A stretch of 49,727 bases of DNA from NCBI GenBank assembly GCA_041655595.1, contig JBBAFB010000003.1, positions 1 through 49,727 on the forward strand, read 5' to 3'. Source of the stretch: Bacillota bacterium (GTDB lineage: Bacteria; Bacillota; DULZ01). Each line of letters opens with the position of its first letter. Position 1 is the stretch's first letter. Below, one piece after another: positions 19,989 to 29,622 of the stretch. The notes under the pieces are model-generated. The model was not told the DNA's origin. It made no database searches and saw nothing but the letters and a program-made list of their open reading frames with translations. Made by a program: the position numbers and the translations under genes.

Positions 19989-21583
19989 TACCTATTGCCC
20001 CCTACCTGTGGGTGGTTACCGCCTTCCCTTCCCGGGGGATCAAAGCCCATAATGAAACCATCATTATTATAGTCATTTAGCAATAATTTTTTATATACTA
20101 TTATATCTCCTTCATTTAAACCGGCAGTTATTTCAACCATGTTTTTTGTCACTAAACCGAGAGTAACATCCACATCCGATTTATTTCCAGTGACATCTTT
20201 AACAGTTGCCGTGTATTTACCCTCGACTTTTTTTAGGGCTTCAATGGGGACCACTAAAACATCCTCCCTGCTTTCTGCGGAAATTTCAATGTCTACACTC
20301 ATTCCGGCCATTAGCGATTTTCGATCATCCAAAGCGATTGTTACCTCGTAAGTTGTCACACCGCTTTGGCCGGCACCCTCCAAAGCCATCTTGGAAACTA
20401 TGCCACGAAACTTTTCGGTGGGATAGACTTCCGATGTGACTTCGACTTCTTGCCCTGCTTTTATTTTATTGATATCAAGCTCATCAACAGCTATTTTGAC
20501 TTCCATATTGGCTAAATCTGCCACAGTCACTAAAACTGTAGCCCTATCAACTACATCCTCCTCGGCAACGGCAACTTTTAAGACGGTCCCTTTTATTGGA
20601 GAGTAGAGGGTGTTACCTTCCTCCAATTCCTCCAATTGAGAACGAAATTTGGCAATAGCATTTTGCTTCTCTGCTATACTGAGACTTAGGTCGTCTTCGA
20701 TGGTGGCAATTAAATCACCCTTGGTCACTTTTTCTCCGTTTTTAATATGGGTGGATTTAACCTTGCCCCCAATTTTAGCAATAATTTGTTCCTCCTTTGT
20801 TGCTGCCATTTGGGCCTTATCCATACTTTGGAAGCTACCCTGGTAATTTTCTACAGTAACCTGCGCTAAATCACCAACACTATATCCGCCGGGATTATCT
20901 GTCTTAATGGTTACCAATAAACCGAAAGCACCAGCACCTTTTTGAACAGGGGTGCTATCTTTTTCAACAACAGTCCCAGTTATAGTGGTAAAAAAATCAT
21001 TGACCAACAGGGAAGCCGTATCTCCTATGGTTATTTTTTCAAAAGAAGCCTTGTTAAAATATGCTTCAAAATAGGCATTGTTAATATCTTTAATTTTTCC
21101 AACAGGGGCATTCGCTCCCAACTGATCCCCAGCCTCTAGTTTAAAGTCTGAAACAACACCGGAAATAGGAGCGTAAATAGCAAGCTGTTTTTGTTTTTCA
21201 TACAAATCGTTTAATTCCTTTTGGGATCTTTCAATACTCAGTTTTATACTGCTTAGTTCCGTTTGACCGCTACCGGTATTATTTGATTTAAGGGAGAGAA
21301 GCATTTGGTCTTTTTCTACCGGTTCGCCATCACTAACAAAAATTTCGTCAACAATACCGTTAACTTCCGACCTAATCAGCCTTCTATCAGCAGGATAAAC
21401 ATTACCACTGCCTGAAACGGAAATGGAGATATCCCCTTTAGCAACTGTGTATTCCACCTCTTGTTCCAAACCCATATTTTTTAGCGCATTAAGATTTTTA
21501 TTAACTACCGACCCAATTCCCAAACCAACTACAATTAGTGCCAAGACAATGATAATTATCCATTTCCTTTTTTTGTTTTTCAT
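19988..21583 (-). CDS. HlyD/MacA-family periplasmic adaptor (membrane-fusion) protein
   Basis: 531 aa. N-terminal TM anchor, coiled-coil hairpin and beta-barrel regions. Its stop overlaps the start of the ATPase gene. Confidence 0.8.
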   Translation of the reverse strand: MKNKKRKWIIIIVLALIVVGLGIGSVVNKNLNALKNMGLEQEVEYTVAKGDISISVSGSGNVYPADRRLIRSEVNGIVDEIFVSDGEPVEKDQMLLSLKSNNTGSGQTELSSIKLSIERSQKELNDLYEKQKQLAIYAPISGVVSDFKLEAGDQLGANAPVGKIKDINNAYFEAYFNKASFEKITIGDTASLLVNDFFTTITGTVVEKDSTPVQKGAGAFGLLVTIKTDNPGGYSVGDLAQVTVENYQGSFQSMDKAQMAATKEEQIIAKIGGKVKSTHIKNGEKVTKGDLIATIEDDLSLSIAEKQNAIAKFRSQLEELEEGNTLYSPIKGTVLKVAVAEEDVVDRATVLVTVADLANMEVKIAVDELDINKIKAGQEVEVTSEVYPTEKFRGIVSKMALEGAGQSGVTTYEVTIALDDRKSLMAGMSVDIEISAESREDVLVVPIEALKKVEGKYTATVKDVTGNKSDVDVTLGLVTKNMVEITAGLNEGDIIVYKKLLLNDYNNDGFIMGFDPPGREGGNHPQVGGNR

Positions 21584-21672
21584 GGCAAATTTCCTTTCTC
21601 TTCAATTTTAAAATGATTAGCCTATAAATAAAATTATTTTTAATTAACAAGCCTTATTATTATCTCCTTTGA

Positions 21673-21681
21673 ATTATAGCA
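21673..21681 (-). promoter_or_regulatory. extended -10 element (TGCTATAAT) upstream of the efflux operon
   Basis: Minus strand reads GTGCTATAAT about 90 nt upstream of the HlyD-like start. No good -35, which is consistent with an extended -10 promoter. Confidence 0.4.
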
Positions 21682-21796
21682 CTTTATCATGGTACAGGTA
21701 TATAAATATATCTTTGACAAATAATTTAAATAAAAGTTAAGTTTTAAGGTTTTTAAAAGGAAAACCCGTAAAATAACAAGCATTAACCCTTAAAAT

Positions 21797-21829
21797 TCAA
21801 AAAACCTGCGATTTTATTCAAATCACAGG
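21797..21829 (-). terminator. rho-independent terminator after tRNA-Thr
   Basis: Minus strand reads CCTGTGATTT-GAATA-AAATCGCAGG followed by TTTTTTGAATTTT. Confidence 0.8.
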
Positions 21830-21842
21830 CAAATTCATTCTT

Positions 21843-21918
21843 TGGAGCTGAGGAAGGGACTTGAACCCTCGACCTATTGATTACGAATCAATTGCTCTAC
21901 CGGCTGAGCTACCCCAGC
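21843..21918 (-). tRNA. tRNA-Thr (anticodon CGU), CCA encoded
   Basis: Minus strand: GCTGGGGTAGCTCAGCCGGTAGAGCAATTGATTCGTAATCAATAGGTCGAGGGTTCAAGTCCCTTCCTCAGCTCCA. It folds as a cloverleaf with 7-bp acceptor stem (one G-U), anticodon loop TTCGTAA, T-loop GGTTCAAGTCC. Confidence 0.9.
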
Positions 21919-21985
21919 ATATTTAATTAGTGGTACAAAGAAAAGGAGTTATTCAACTTTCCGCTAGGTGCTTAAATGCCTTTTT

Positions 21986-22014
21986 AGTTTAGCTAATAGA
22001 CATGCGTTTGTCAA
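21986..22014 (-). promoter_or_regulatory. candidate sigma-A promoter for tRNA-Thr
   Basis: Minus strand: TTGACA - 17 nt - TAAACT, about 60 nt upstream of the mature tRNA 5' end. Confidence 0.45.
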
Positions 22015-22056
22015 CGAATCTATTGTCTCGCAAAGAAAAAATAAATTGCAAAGGTA

Positions 22057-22086
22057 AGAATGAAGGGTTTCTAAGCCCCTCATTCT
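22057..22086 (-). terminator. hairpin downstream of nosF (possible weak terminator of the nos operon)
   Basis: AGAATGAAGGG / CCCCTCATTCT inverted repeat (one mismatch), 8-nt loop. Only a distant T-rich stretch follows on the minus strand. Confidence 0.35.
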
Positions 22087-22134
22087 CCTTTGCATTATTA
22101 AGGGGATAGGCGAAAAAGCAATTTACCAATATGT

Positions 22135-23109
22135 TTACAATGCCCCTACTAAGACGGTATCGTTTCTGGGGTTAACCTTTTCTTGATTTTTAATATTAGC
22201 TTTTTCTACTAAAACCCGATAAATTTCATCCAGGCTAGGCTCCTCAATAATTATGTCTGAAATTGTAATTCCTGCCTCCATTAAAGGCTTTAACACCTTT
22301 GCTTTCTCCTCCCTATGACAGGTTAGCAATATGGAATCCATCCTAACCTCCAGTGGCCCTATCCCTTTGGCCATAAGCAACTGCCATAATTGAGGGTAGG
22401 AGCAAGCTAGCTTAATTGTCATCTTGGTTTTTAAACTTAATTGTTCTTCTAACTGCTGTTGTGTGCCAATTGCGATCATTTCTGCCTTATTAATAATACC
22501 AATATTATCTGCCAACTCTTCCGCATCGGCTAGGTTATGGGTTGAAAATAAAATTGTAACCCCGGAATCATTCCATTGGCGAATCATTTTTTTGAGTTCA
22601 ATAATTCCGATGGGATCTAAACCTGTAGTAGGCTCATCTAAAATTAACAATTCGGGTTTGTGGATTATAGCCTGAGCAAGGCCCAGCCTCTGCTGCATGC
22701 CCTTTGAAAAAGCACCTACCCTGCGTCCCTTAAACTCAGTAAGGCCCACTTGTTTCAGAACTTCCTCACACCTGGCAAGAGATAAATTCTTTAGTTTGGC
22801 ATAAAAAACAATGGTTTCCCAAGCGGTTAAGTTATCATAGAAATACATCCTTTCCGGCAAATAACCTATTTTATATTTGATAGCCCTATTCCGGCCATCT
22901 TGTTGAATCCCACCTATCGTAACTTTTCCGCCGGAGGGATTAACCAAGCCTAAAAGCATTTTTATTAGGGTGGATTTTCCAGCACCATTATGGCCCAATA
23001 AAGCGAAAATATCGCCCTCTTCCAGTTTCAAGTTAAGGTCTTTCACCGCCTGAAAACTACCAAAAAATTTATTAAGCCCTTCAATTTCTAAAATATATTT
23101 TTTATTCAT
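22135..23109 (-). CDS. nosF: ABC ATPase of the NosDFY maturation system
   Basis: Start moved to the ATG at 23107-23109 (SD AGGAGGAG upstream). Walker A GHNGAGKST, signature FSKGMQQR, Walker B LILDEPT. Sits in a nos gene context. Confidence 0.8.
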   Translation of the reverse strand: MNKKYILEIEGLNKFFGSFQAVKDLNLKLEEGDIFALLGHNGAGKSTLIKMLLGLVNPSGGKVTIGGIQQDGRNRAIKYKIGYLPERMYFYDNLTAWETIVFYAKLKNLSLARCEEVLKQVGLTEFKGRRVGAFSKGMQQRLGLAQAIIHKPELLILDEPTTGLDPIGIIELKKMIRQWNDSGVTILFSTHNLADAEELADNIGIINKAEMIAIGTQQQLEEQLSLKTKMTIKLACSYPQLWQLLMAKGIGPLEVRMDSILLTCHREEKAKVLKPLMEAGITISDIIIEEPSLDEIYRVLVEKANIKNQEKVNPRNDTVLVGAL

Positions 23110-23119
23110 GTTGCTCCTC

Positions 23120-23959
23120 CTAATAATCCTGGCGACGCCCGAAGGCCGCAACCGCCAATATCAAAGGAATCACTACCCATAGAAATAACACTAAGATTAA
23201 AAGAAAATCTCCGGAAGTTGAACTAATGGTACGAGTCAAAGCCGCTAGAGTGGGACCGAAGGTTGTTTCTCCCCCAAGTCGTAAAATCACCAACACCCTA
23301 ACCATGTCCACCGGGTTTAATAATAGCAAAGTCAATAATAGAGGAATGACAATTTTTATCTGCTGCATGGAAGCCACACCGATTGCCAAAAAGTCATAAA
23401 CCAAAACCATCAAAAACCACGCGAATATCGCCAGACCCATGGCTTGAGCCCTTCTACTTGTGACAACTGATAACAATAGGGCTATGCTTAAAAAAGTTAA
23501 ACCCAACACCATCGATAAAATAACAAAGGTTAAATAATCTCCCATACTCATGGTACCTACCTTGAGGGCAATGACAATGCCAGCTCCACCAAAACCAGTT
23601 AAGATTGCTGCCATCAGCGCTAGCCCCAGCCCAAGGAATTTGCCCACTATTACCTCGGCTTTCGAAACCGGGTGGACAAGCAAGACGTGAAGGGATCCGG
23701 ATTCTTTTTCCCCCGCAACTGCAGCCCCCCCCATCACCAAGGCTATGAGGGGCAAAAGATAAAGCACTAAGTTTAGCAAACCGGCGGTGACTCGATTAAA
23801 GCCTTGGTAGCCACCGCCAACCCCCAAACCGGACATGCCAAAAAATGAAATCAGGAGAGCAAGCAAGGCAAAAACTATTGTAAAGGTAATCAGCCAACGG
23901 CTTCTAATAGCTTCCAGAAGCTCTTTTTCAGCTACTGTAATCATTTGAGAAATTTTCAC
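23120..23959 (-). CDS. nosY: ABC-2-type permease of the NosDFY system
   Basis: 279 aa, ~6 TM helices. GTG start preceded by GGGGAGGTGG and overlapping the nosL stop (ATGTGA). Confidence 0.8.
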   Translation of the reverse strand: MKISQMITVAEKELLEAIRSRWLITFTIVFALLALLISFFGMSGLGVGGGYQGFNRVTAGLLNLVLYLLPLIALVMGGAAVAGEKESGSLHVLLVHPVSKAEVIVGKFLGLGLALMAAILTGFGGAGIVIALKVGTMSMGDYLTFVILSMVLGLTFLSIALLLSVVTSRRAQAMGLAIFAWFLMVLVYDFLAIGVASMQQIKIVIPLLLTLLLLNPVDMVRVLVILRLGGETTFGPTLAALTRTISSTSGDFLLILVLFLWVVIPLILAVAAFGRRQDY

Positions 23960-24486
23960 ATTACCACCTCCCCTTCACTTTGCACGCCACCGGTTTCTGT
24001 TTCTGTCCCAAAGCCAATATCAAATTTGACCAACTTAACTTCTTCCCAGGAAATGATCTTTCCTTCAATTTTCTGTGCCATTTCTTCCGCCTGTTCTTGC
24101 GATTTAAAGGCCACTATTCCAAAGCTCATGGGTGTATCAATTCTACCTTGAACATAAAAGGCTTCCTTTGCCGGAGCCCACTCAGTTGTTGCAAAATCCT
24201 TCACATATATTGCACCCAGCGACCTTTCCTCCTCTAAACCTAATCTTTTCAAATAAAGTATCAAGCAACCAATATCATCAAAATTTTCGTGTTGCCCAAG
24301 ATTGTTAATTACCTGGCCTGCAAATCGTAAGTCTATAATACTCATTCTGCAAACTGGACAATCATCGAGGGTCGGATCAATAACCCTTGGTTCCAAATCA
24401 AAACTACTTCCGCATCCTGATAGCAAAAACAATAAAATCAACAAAAATGTAATTGGTAATAGCCTTTTATTTAACACTACATTCAC
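23956..24486 (-). CDS. nosL: NosL copper-chaperone lipoprotein
   Basis: 176 aa. Lipobox LLSGCGS. NosL-type CPVCRM motif close to the N-terminus. Confidence 0.8.
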   Translation of the reverse strand: MNVVLNKRLLPITFLLILLFLLSGCGSSFDLEPRVIDPTLDDCPVCRMSIIDLRFAGQVINNLGQHENFDDIGCLILYLKRLGLEEERSLGAIYVKDFATTEWAPAKEAFYVQGRIDTPMSFGIVAFKSQEQAEEMAQKIEGKIISWEEVKLVKFDIGFGTETETGGVQSEGEVVM

Positions 24487-25966
24487 CCCGTTTAAGCAAG
24501 TTCCGGAACGAGCCCACTTTTTTATCCAAGGAAAGCCCTCTCCAGTAAAGAATAATTCCAGCCAGCAACATTGCCAATGAATAAAGGGCCAGGGTTTTAT
24601 TTGTAGCTTGTTTATTTATTTGAAGGAATTCCGGGATTCTTACTGCCGCCGGATTTATTAAGGGGTATGGATCCTCTGCTTTTGGGATAGAAATAACTGG
24701 AAAAGTCTTTTCACTAAACTCTAGTGCTTTTGCGGCAGGGCTATTTAAAAATAGCCTAACCCCCGGTGCCTTACCCATTAAATAGGTAAAGACATCCCCC
24801 GTAAAATGTGGGATATCACCCACTCCATCTTGATCCAAATCAAACCCTCGGTAATCACTCCAGTAGTTTCCCCGACCGCTAGCATGAAACTCATTACCAC
24901 GGCCAACTGTAAAGGCAATTAGAGCGATTTGCTGCATATTGTCAATAAAGTTGTTATCTATAAAAACGTTATCAGTAGAGCTTGAGATTAGGTCTAGCCC
25001 AATATCATTCATGGCTATTAAATTGTTGCGAATGGTATTGTGCATAGAATGATCCAAAAAAAACCCTCTCGTATTATCAAACACAATATTTCCTTCTGCA
25101 AGGCTGTGGTCGCAATGAGCAAATAGAATCCCATAGGCACGATGTCCTCGGCTTCCTGCCAAAACATTATTTCTGAAAACAATATACTTTGAAAACATGG
25201 GTGCGGCACCTGCAACGTTATCTAACAAAATATTACCTTCAAAGTTGTTATACCATGAATACATATAGTGAATACCATAACGGACGTTAAAAATTTGGTT
25301 ATTAATTACCCTATTATGATAAGAGTAATCAAAATAGATCCCATCCCTAGTATCAGTAATTATATTACTTTCCATCAAATTTTCTGGGGAATCAAATAGG
25401 TGTATTCCATCACCGCCATCACCTGCAAATTTAATGTCATAACTTGAGGCTGCCGTGTTTTCGTCCAATGTAACTTTACCTAAATCTCTAACAACCGGTC
25501 TGCCCTTTATTAAGTTACGCCTGATCACATTTTCAGATGCTCTTTCTAAATAAACCCCAAAAAGATTATTAATAAAACGGTTATCTTCCACTAAGTTATT
25601 ATTACTTTTGATTTTAATTCCGGCGTTGGTCTCCTCTAGAATTTTTCCACTAAAGATAATTTCAAAACCTTTAACAGTTACCTCATCCGCTTCAATTGTG
25701 ATTACATCACCAAGCCCCTCCCCATCAATAATAGGCATTTCAAGCCCTAAAAGCCGTATGGATTTATTAATCACCAATCGCCCATCATACTTACCAGGGT
25801 GCACCCGTATAACATCCCCATCCTCCGCCGTTGTTAAGGCTTTTTGAATAGTAGGTATAGGGCCACCAGGCCAGACTTCGATAGTGCGTGCTTCCGCCGG
25901 GCTGGACAGGATTAAAAAGCACCCCAGAGACAATAAAATTATTGCTCTACTGCCGGCTTTTCCCAT
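24467..25966 (-). CDS. nosD: NosD periplasmic right-handed beta-helix protein
   Basis: Start moved to the ATG at 25964-25966 (GGAGG 8 nt upstream). Signal peptide, many parallel beta-helix repeats (N-I/N-N-x-I patterns), C-terminal TM anchor. Confidence 0.85.
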   Translation of the reverse strand: MGKAGSRAIILLSLGCFLILSSPAEARTIEVWPGGPIPTIQKALTTAEDGDVIRVHPGKYDGRLVINKSIRLLGLEMPIIDGEGLGDVITIEADEVTVKGFEIIFSGKILEETNAGIKIKSNNNLVEDNRFINNLFGVYLERASENVIRRNLIKGRPVVRDLGKVTLDENTAASSYDIKFAGDGGDGIHLFDSPENLMESNIITDTRDGIYFDYSYHNRVINNQIFNVRYGIHYMYSWYNNFEGNILLDNVAGAAPMFSKYIVFRNNVLAGSRGHRAYGILFAHCDHSLAEGNIVFDNTRGFFLDHSMHNTIRNNLIAMNDIGLDLISSSTDNVFIDNNFIDNMQQIALIAFTVGRGNEFHASGRGNYWSDYRGFDLDQDGVGDIPHFTGDVFTYLMGKAPGVRLFLNSPAAKALEFSEKTFPVISIPKAEDPYPLINPAAVRIPEFLQINKQATNKTLALYSLAMLLAGIILYWRGLSLDKKVGSFRNLLKRGECSVK

Positions 25967-26535
25967 CGCCGAAACCTCCAAAGGGCTATCAACATAAGAA
26001 TTATACCAGCCCCTAAAAGATAGCCCCCAAGCTGAAAACTACTATAGGTGGTGAAATTTGCTAGCTGGTTTTGCCCCATCATAGGTGGGACGAAGGGGGG
26101 AATTTTGATAGCCGCCATTGGATCCAAGTCTGTACCATACTTTCTCAGCCAAAACCACAGGTCATAAAGGCCCAACAAACCCCCGGCACCGGCGATAACA
26201 AATGCCGTACTGCCAAGCCACACCTTCCCTGAAATTGCCGTTAAAAAAGCTATGGCCACAATTGCACCCACAATGTAAACCATAAACTGCAACTCGGGAA
26301 AATCGGCCTCAGAAATTTCCTTCATTCCGATGTAATGATTCAAATTGTTTAAAATATCAATTTTCCCACCAATCTTATTAGCAAACACCTCCATCCTGAG
26401 ACCCTCGGGATAAATTGTTGCAATTAATTCCAGTCGCCACCAGGGGAAAAATAAGCACGCTACCAACAACAGCCCAGCAATCACAAATAAAATTCTACCG
26501 GTGATACTAAGTTTTCCATTTAAAAACTTACCCAT
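25939..26535 (-). CDS. nosB: NosB-like integral membrane protein (the gene that follows nosZ in clade II clusters)
   Basis: 198 aa with ~4 TM helices, directly downstream of nosZ. The assignment rests on position and topology only. Confidence 0.55.
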   Translation of the reverse strand: MGKFLNGKLSITGRILFVIAGLLLVACLFFPWWRLELIATIYPEGLRMEVFANKIGGKIDILNNLNHYIGMKEISEADFPELQFMVYIVGAIVAIAFLTAISGKVWLGSTAFVIAGAGGLLGLYDLWFWLRKYGTDLDPMAAIKIPPFVPPMMGQNQLANFTTYSSFQLGGYLLGAGIILMLIALWRFRRWEKPAVEQ

Positions 26536-26579
26536 TTGAATTCTCCTTTCATTTAAGTCATCTAAATAGAAAAGGGGGG

Positions 26580-26603
26580 AGCCTGTATTTTGACATACAG
26601 GCT
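26580..26603 (-). other. stem-loop immediately 3' of nosZ
   Basis: Perfect 9-bp inverted repeat AGCCTGTAT-N6-ATACAGGCT. On the minus strand it is followed by CCCCCCTTTTCTATTT. Possible partial terminator or mRNA-stabilising hairpin inside the operon. Confidence 0.5.
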
Positions 26604-26626
26604 AACTCCCTTTAGTCTGAGAGGAT

Positions 26627-28540
26627 TTAGGACTTTGGCTTAACCAGCAGGAACCCTTGCATTTCCTGGTGTAAGGCTGAGCAGAAATTAGTGCAGTAGA
26701 AGGGATATACCCCAGGTTTATCTGCAACAAATTTCATTGAGGTTGTCTGCCCGGGCTGTACTTCAATATTTAAATCATAGAGGCAGATACCAAAGCCATG
26801 GGTGATATCTTCGTCAAAATCGGTATTGGTTACATACCAAGTAATTTCATCTCCCTCGTCCACTTCTACAATATCCGGGTAATAACGGCTTCGGAAGCTA
26901 TTCATATAAACAGTAACTTGGTTTCCGTTTTTCTCAGTTCGTGCATCTTCCTTTGTATAAACAGCCCCCGGTTGGCTTTCATCCTTGGGATAAATCTTAA
27001 AGACATTTTTCGTAATTTTATCTGCTTTAATCATTTGTGCAAAGTGGGGCTCGGGATCAACCGGGTTATCATAAAGAATCTTCATTTTGGGGGTGGTAAG
27101 GTCAATCAACTGCATACTTTCAGGGTGGGATGGCCCAACAGGCAAAAACTTGTCTTTAGCAAGTTTGTTTAGGGAAATCAGATATTTCCCATCCGGTGAA
27201 ACAGTGTCACCTTCTGCTGCAACTAAGTGGCCTGGGCAGTAATGTACAGGAATTTTATCCACGACTTCAAAAGTATCTAAACTCCACTTGGCTATGGCAC
27301 TTTCAACAAATAAAGTTGTGTAGGCGTGGCCCGTGTTGTCGAATTGTGTATGCAAGGGCCCTAAGCCAACCTCCACTTCAGCAACCCTAACTTTCTCATA
27401 ATTTACAATTGGGAAGCCAGCCTCTTCCCCTTGAAAATCGTTGTTTTCAACACATTCCATGAACTTTTCAAAACTAAATACCGTTGTGATAGGAGCTAAT
27501 TTTCCATTACCAACAATGTATTTTCCGTCCGGTGTAACATCTACACCATGTGGGCTTTTGGCACAAGGTATTAAATATATGGCACCTGGGACATCCAAGG
27601 GGTCAATCACATTTGCACCATCAATTACGGTGTACTTGCCATCCTTCCAGGCCTGTTCCATCATTCTCCAGTTCACAGCCACTATATAATCCCTTTCACG
27701 TTGGGAAGCATTTACCTCCAGTAAAGTGTATGCTTCCTCCGTATTGTAGCTAGTCAAAAATGCCCAACCATCGCTGCCTAATTTACCCGCATCCGAAAGG
27801 TCATAGGACCAAGGAGGTAGCAGGACCTGCCATGGGTTGGACATTTCTCCATCTTCGGGATCAATGGCGATAGCAGCCAATATACATTTGTAATCTTCAC
27901 TAAAATTCTCAATCGGTGAGTAGGTACCATGGGGAACGGGCCCTGCGAATCGTGACGCCATCATATAATATTCGCTATTAGGGGTAACAAAAGCAGCTCC
28001 ATGAGGCCCATAAATATTTGGCACAGTCCCTAGAATTTGACCGGTTGTAAAGGAATCCAGATCAATTCTTGCTACCCTACTGTTGGCGTTATCATTAATA
28101 AATAGCCAGCGACCATCATATTCTCCATTGGTTTCACTTAAACCCGGGTGATGAGCATCCCCCCATCTCCACTCACCTAACATCTCTTTTGATTCTTCTG
28201 TCCAACCATAACCAACAGCCGATTCAGGTGTAAAAACGGGAATCGTTCTGATTCTTCGCATGGACGGAACACCGTAAACAAACACATGCCCTGAATGTCC
28301 ACCCGAAGAAAACATATAGTATTCATCATGTTCCCCGGGTGGCACATATGTTTTTAATGCTGCATCTACGATATCATCAGGGACGCCTGTTTTTGATGCT
28401 ATTGCCCCGGTAAAAATTCCTTCCGTGCCACTGACTTCCCCTTTTGGTGACAATTGAGAAGATAGGACCACCGCTAAAATCAAACCAAGTAATAAACCAG
28501 CCAGGGATAAGGCAATCTTTTTGAAATTTCCATTACCCAT
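26627..28540 (-). CDS. nosZ: nitrous-oxide reductase, clade II (Sec-dependent) type
   Basis: 637 aa. Hydrophobic signal peptide without a twin-arginine. CuZ region WGDAHHPG. C-terminal CuA motif H-x34-C-x3-C-x3-H-x2-M (HGFGI...CTNFCSALHQEM). Confidence 0.95.
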   Translation of the reverse strand: MGNGNFKKIALSLAGLLLGLILAVVLSSQLSPKGEVSGTEGIFTGAIASKTGVPDDIVDAALKTYVPPGEHDEYYMFSSGGHSGHVFVYGVPSMRRIRTIPVFTPESAVGYGWTEESKEMLGEWRWGDAHHPGLSETNGEYDGRWLFINDNANSRVARIDLDSFTTGQILGTVPNIYGPHGAAFVTPNSEYYMMASRFAGPVPHGTYSPIENFSEDYKCILAAIAIDPEDGEMSNPWQVLLPPWSYDLSDAGKLGSDGWAFLTSYNTEEAYTLLEVNASQRERDYIVAVNWRMMEQAWKDGKYTVIDGANVIDPLDVPGAIYLIPCAKSPHGVDVTPDGKYIVGNGKLAPITTVFSFEKFMECVENNDFQGEEAGFPIVNYEKVRVAEVEVGLGPLHTQFDNTGHAYTTLFVESAIAKWSLDTFEVVDKIPVHYCPGHLVAAEGDTVSPDGKYLISLNKLAKDKFLPVGPSHPESMQLIDLTTPKMKILYDNPVDPEPHFAQMIKADKITKNVFKIYPKDESQPGAVYTKEDARTEKNGNQVTVYMNSFRSRYYPDIVEVDEGDEITWYVTNTDFDEDITHGFGICLYDLNIEVQPGQTTSMKFVADKPGVYPFYCTNFCSALHQEMQGFLLVKPKS

Positions 28541-28645
28541 AAAAACAGTTCCTCCTTACTATGTTAAAATTTTTGATTTTCTTTTTAAATATTGGTTTTT
28601 TAACAGCTTCAAATAAACAGTCTTTAATTATCCTTCCTCCGATAC

Positions 28646-29209
28646 TTATTCTTGCCCCCCTTGCCCTAATCCAGTTTCGCCTTCATCATAGGCTGATAAC
28701 CGCCCCGCTACCCTTCCATCGTGGGCTTTTTTGATGAGATCTAAGATTATCACCTTATCCTCATCATTTAATCGGTCTGGAATGATTGCCCCCATTGTAC
28801 CCTCAGGCTCCCGAAGAAAATCTTCCAGACTTCTACCGAAGCGATCTGGGACATCAGTATAAGCTATGGATAAGTCTGGTCCCGTTTCCCCACCTTTAAG
28901 TTCATAATAAGTAATGCGATGGCATTGAACACAGGCCTTCGTTGTAAAAATCTCCTCCGGCATTCCAATATTACTAACACCTTGGCTGCCGGATGTTGCA
29001 GTGGTTACCTTTTGCTGGCCCTCAGGGGTTAAACCCAAATTATAAACCAAAGCAACCTCTTCCTCCATCAGGGGATAGTATTTCGGGGCTGAAATTACAC
29101 TGCCAGTTAGCCCCACCAAGAAACCCATCCCGATCCACATGGCAAGAAGGACTACGGTTTCCTTGCGGATTATACTCACTTTCTCACCTTCCTTTCCCAA
29201 CTTCAGCAT
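28646..29209 (-). CDS. membrane-anchored monohaem c-type cytochrome (likely electron donor to NosZ)
   Basis: One TM helix, then CVQCH. An alternative GTG start at 29179 has a better SD (GGAAGGTGA). Confidence 0.7.
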   Translation of the reverse strand: MLKLGKEGEKVSIIRKETVVLLAMWIGMGFLVGLTGSVISAPKYYPLMEEEVALVYNLGLTPEGQQKVTTATSGSQGVSNIGMPEEIFTTKACVQCHRITYYELKGGETGPDLSIAYTDVPDRFGRSLEDFLREPEGTMGAIIPDRLNDEDKVIILDLIKKAHDGRVAGRLSAYDEGETGLGQGGQE

Positions 29210-29221
29210 TTTGTTGAGTTT

Positions 29222-29611
29222 TTAATTGATTAAACCTATATAGGTCAACACAACCATTATTATCAAGGTTATTTCCGCTAAATAGATTAACCAAGCTCGA
29301 TCAGCAGCTTTTTTGGATTTTCCCCTGTCTAACCACGGGACTGCAATTAAACCAATTATCAGCAACACCGGCAAAAACACACCCAATATATCCGGCACAA
29401 TCGCCAATAGACCAAAAATCCACAGAAAATACCACTCTGGCATAATGTTTTCCGGAGTCATAATGGTATTTGCCGGCGGCCCAAGGTGGGCGGGCCAAAG
29501 ACCTGCCAAAATGAGCACAAATCCAAGAATTGCAAAAGCCACTGATACCTCAGTAATTAAGTGATGAGGGAAGAAAGGTACAGATCCTTTTCGTTTTTCG
29601 ATTGTATTCAA
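29222..29611 (-). CDS. cytochrome b6f/bc subunit IV-like protein (C-terminal half of a split cytochrome b)
   Basis: 129 aa, 3 TM helices, PEWYFLW quinol-site motif. TTG start with AGGAGGTGA upstream. Confidence 0.7.
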   Translation of the reverse strand: MNTIEKRKGSVPFFPHHLITEVSVAFAILGFVLILAGLWPAHLGPPANTIMTPENIMPEWYFLWIFGLLAIVPDILGVFLPVLLIIGLIAVPWLDRGKSKKAADRAWLIYLAEITLIIMVVLTYIGLIN

Positions 29612-29622
29612 ATTATCACCTC

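Noticed and set aside
21584-22134. tRNA-Thr considered as an integration site of a genomic island or prophage.
   Set aside because: No integrase, excisionase or phage genes flank it, and I could not find a direct repeat of the tRNA 3' end. The tRNA has its own promoter and terminator.
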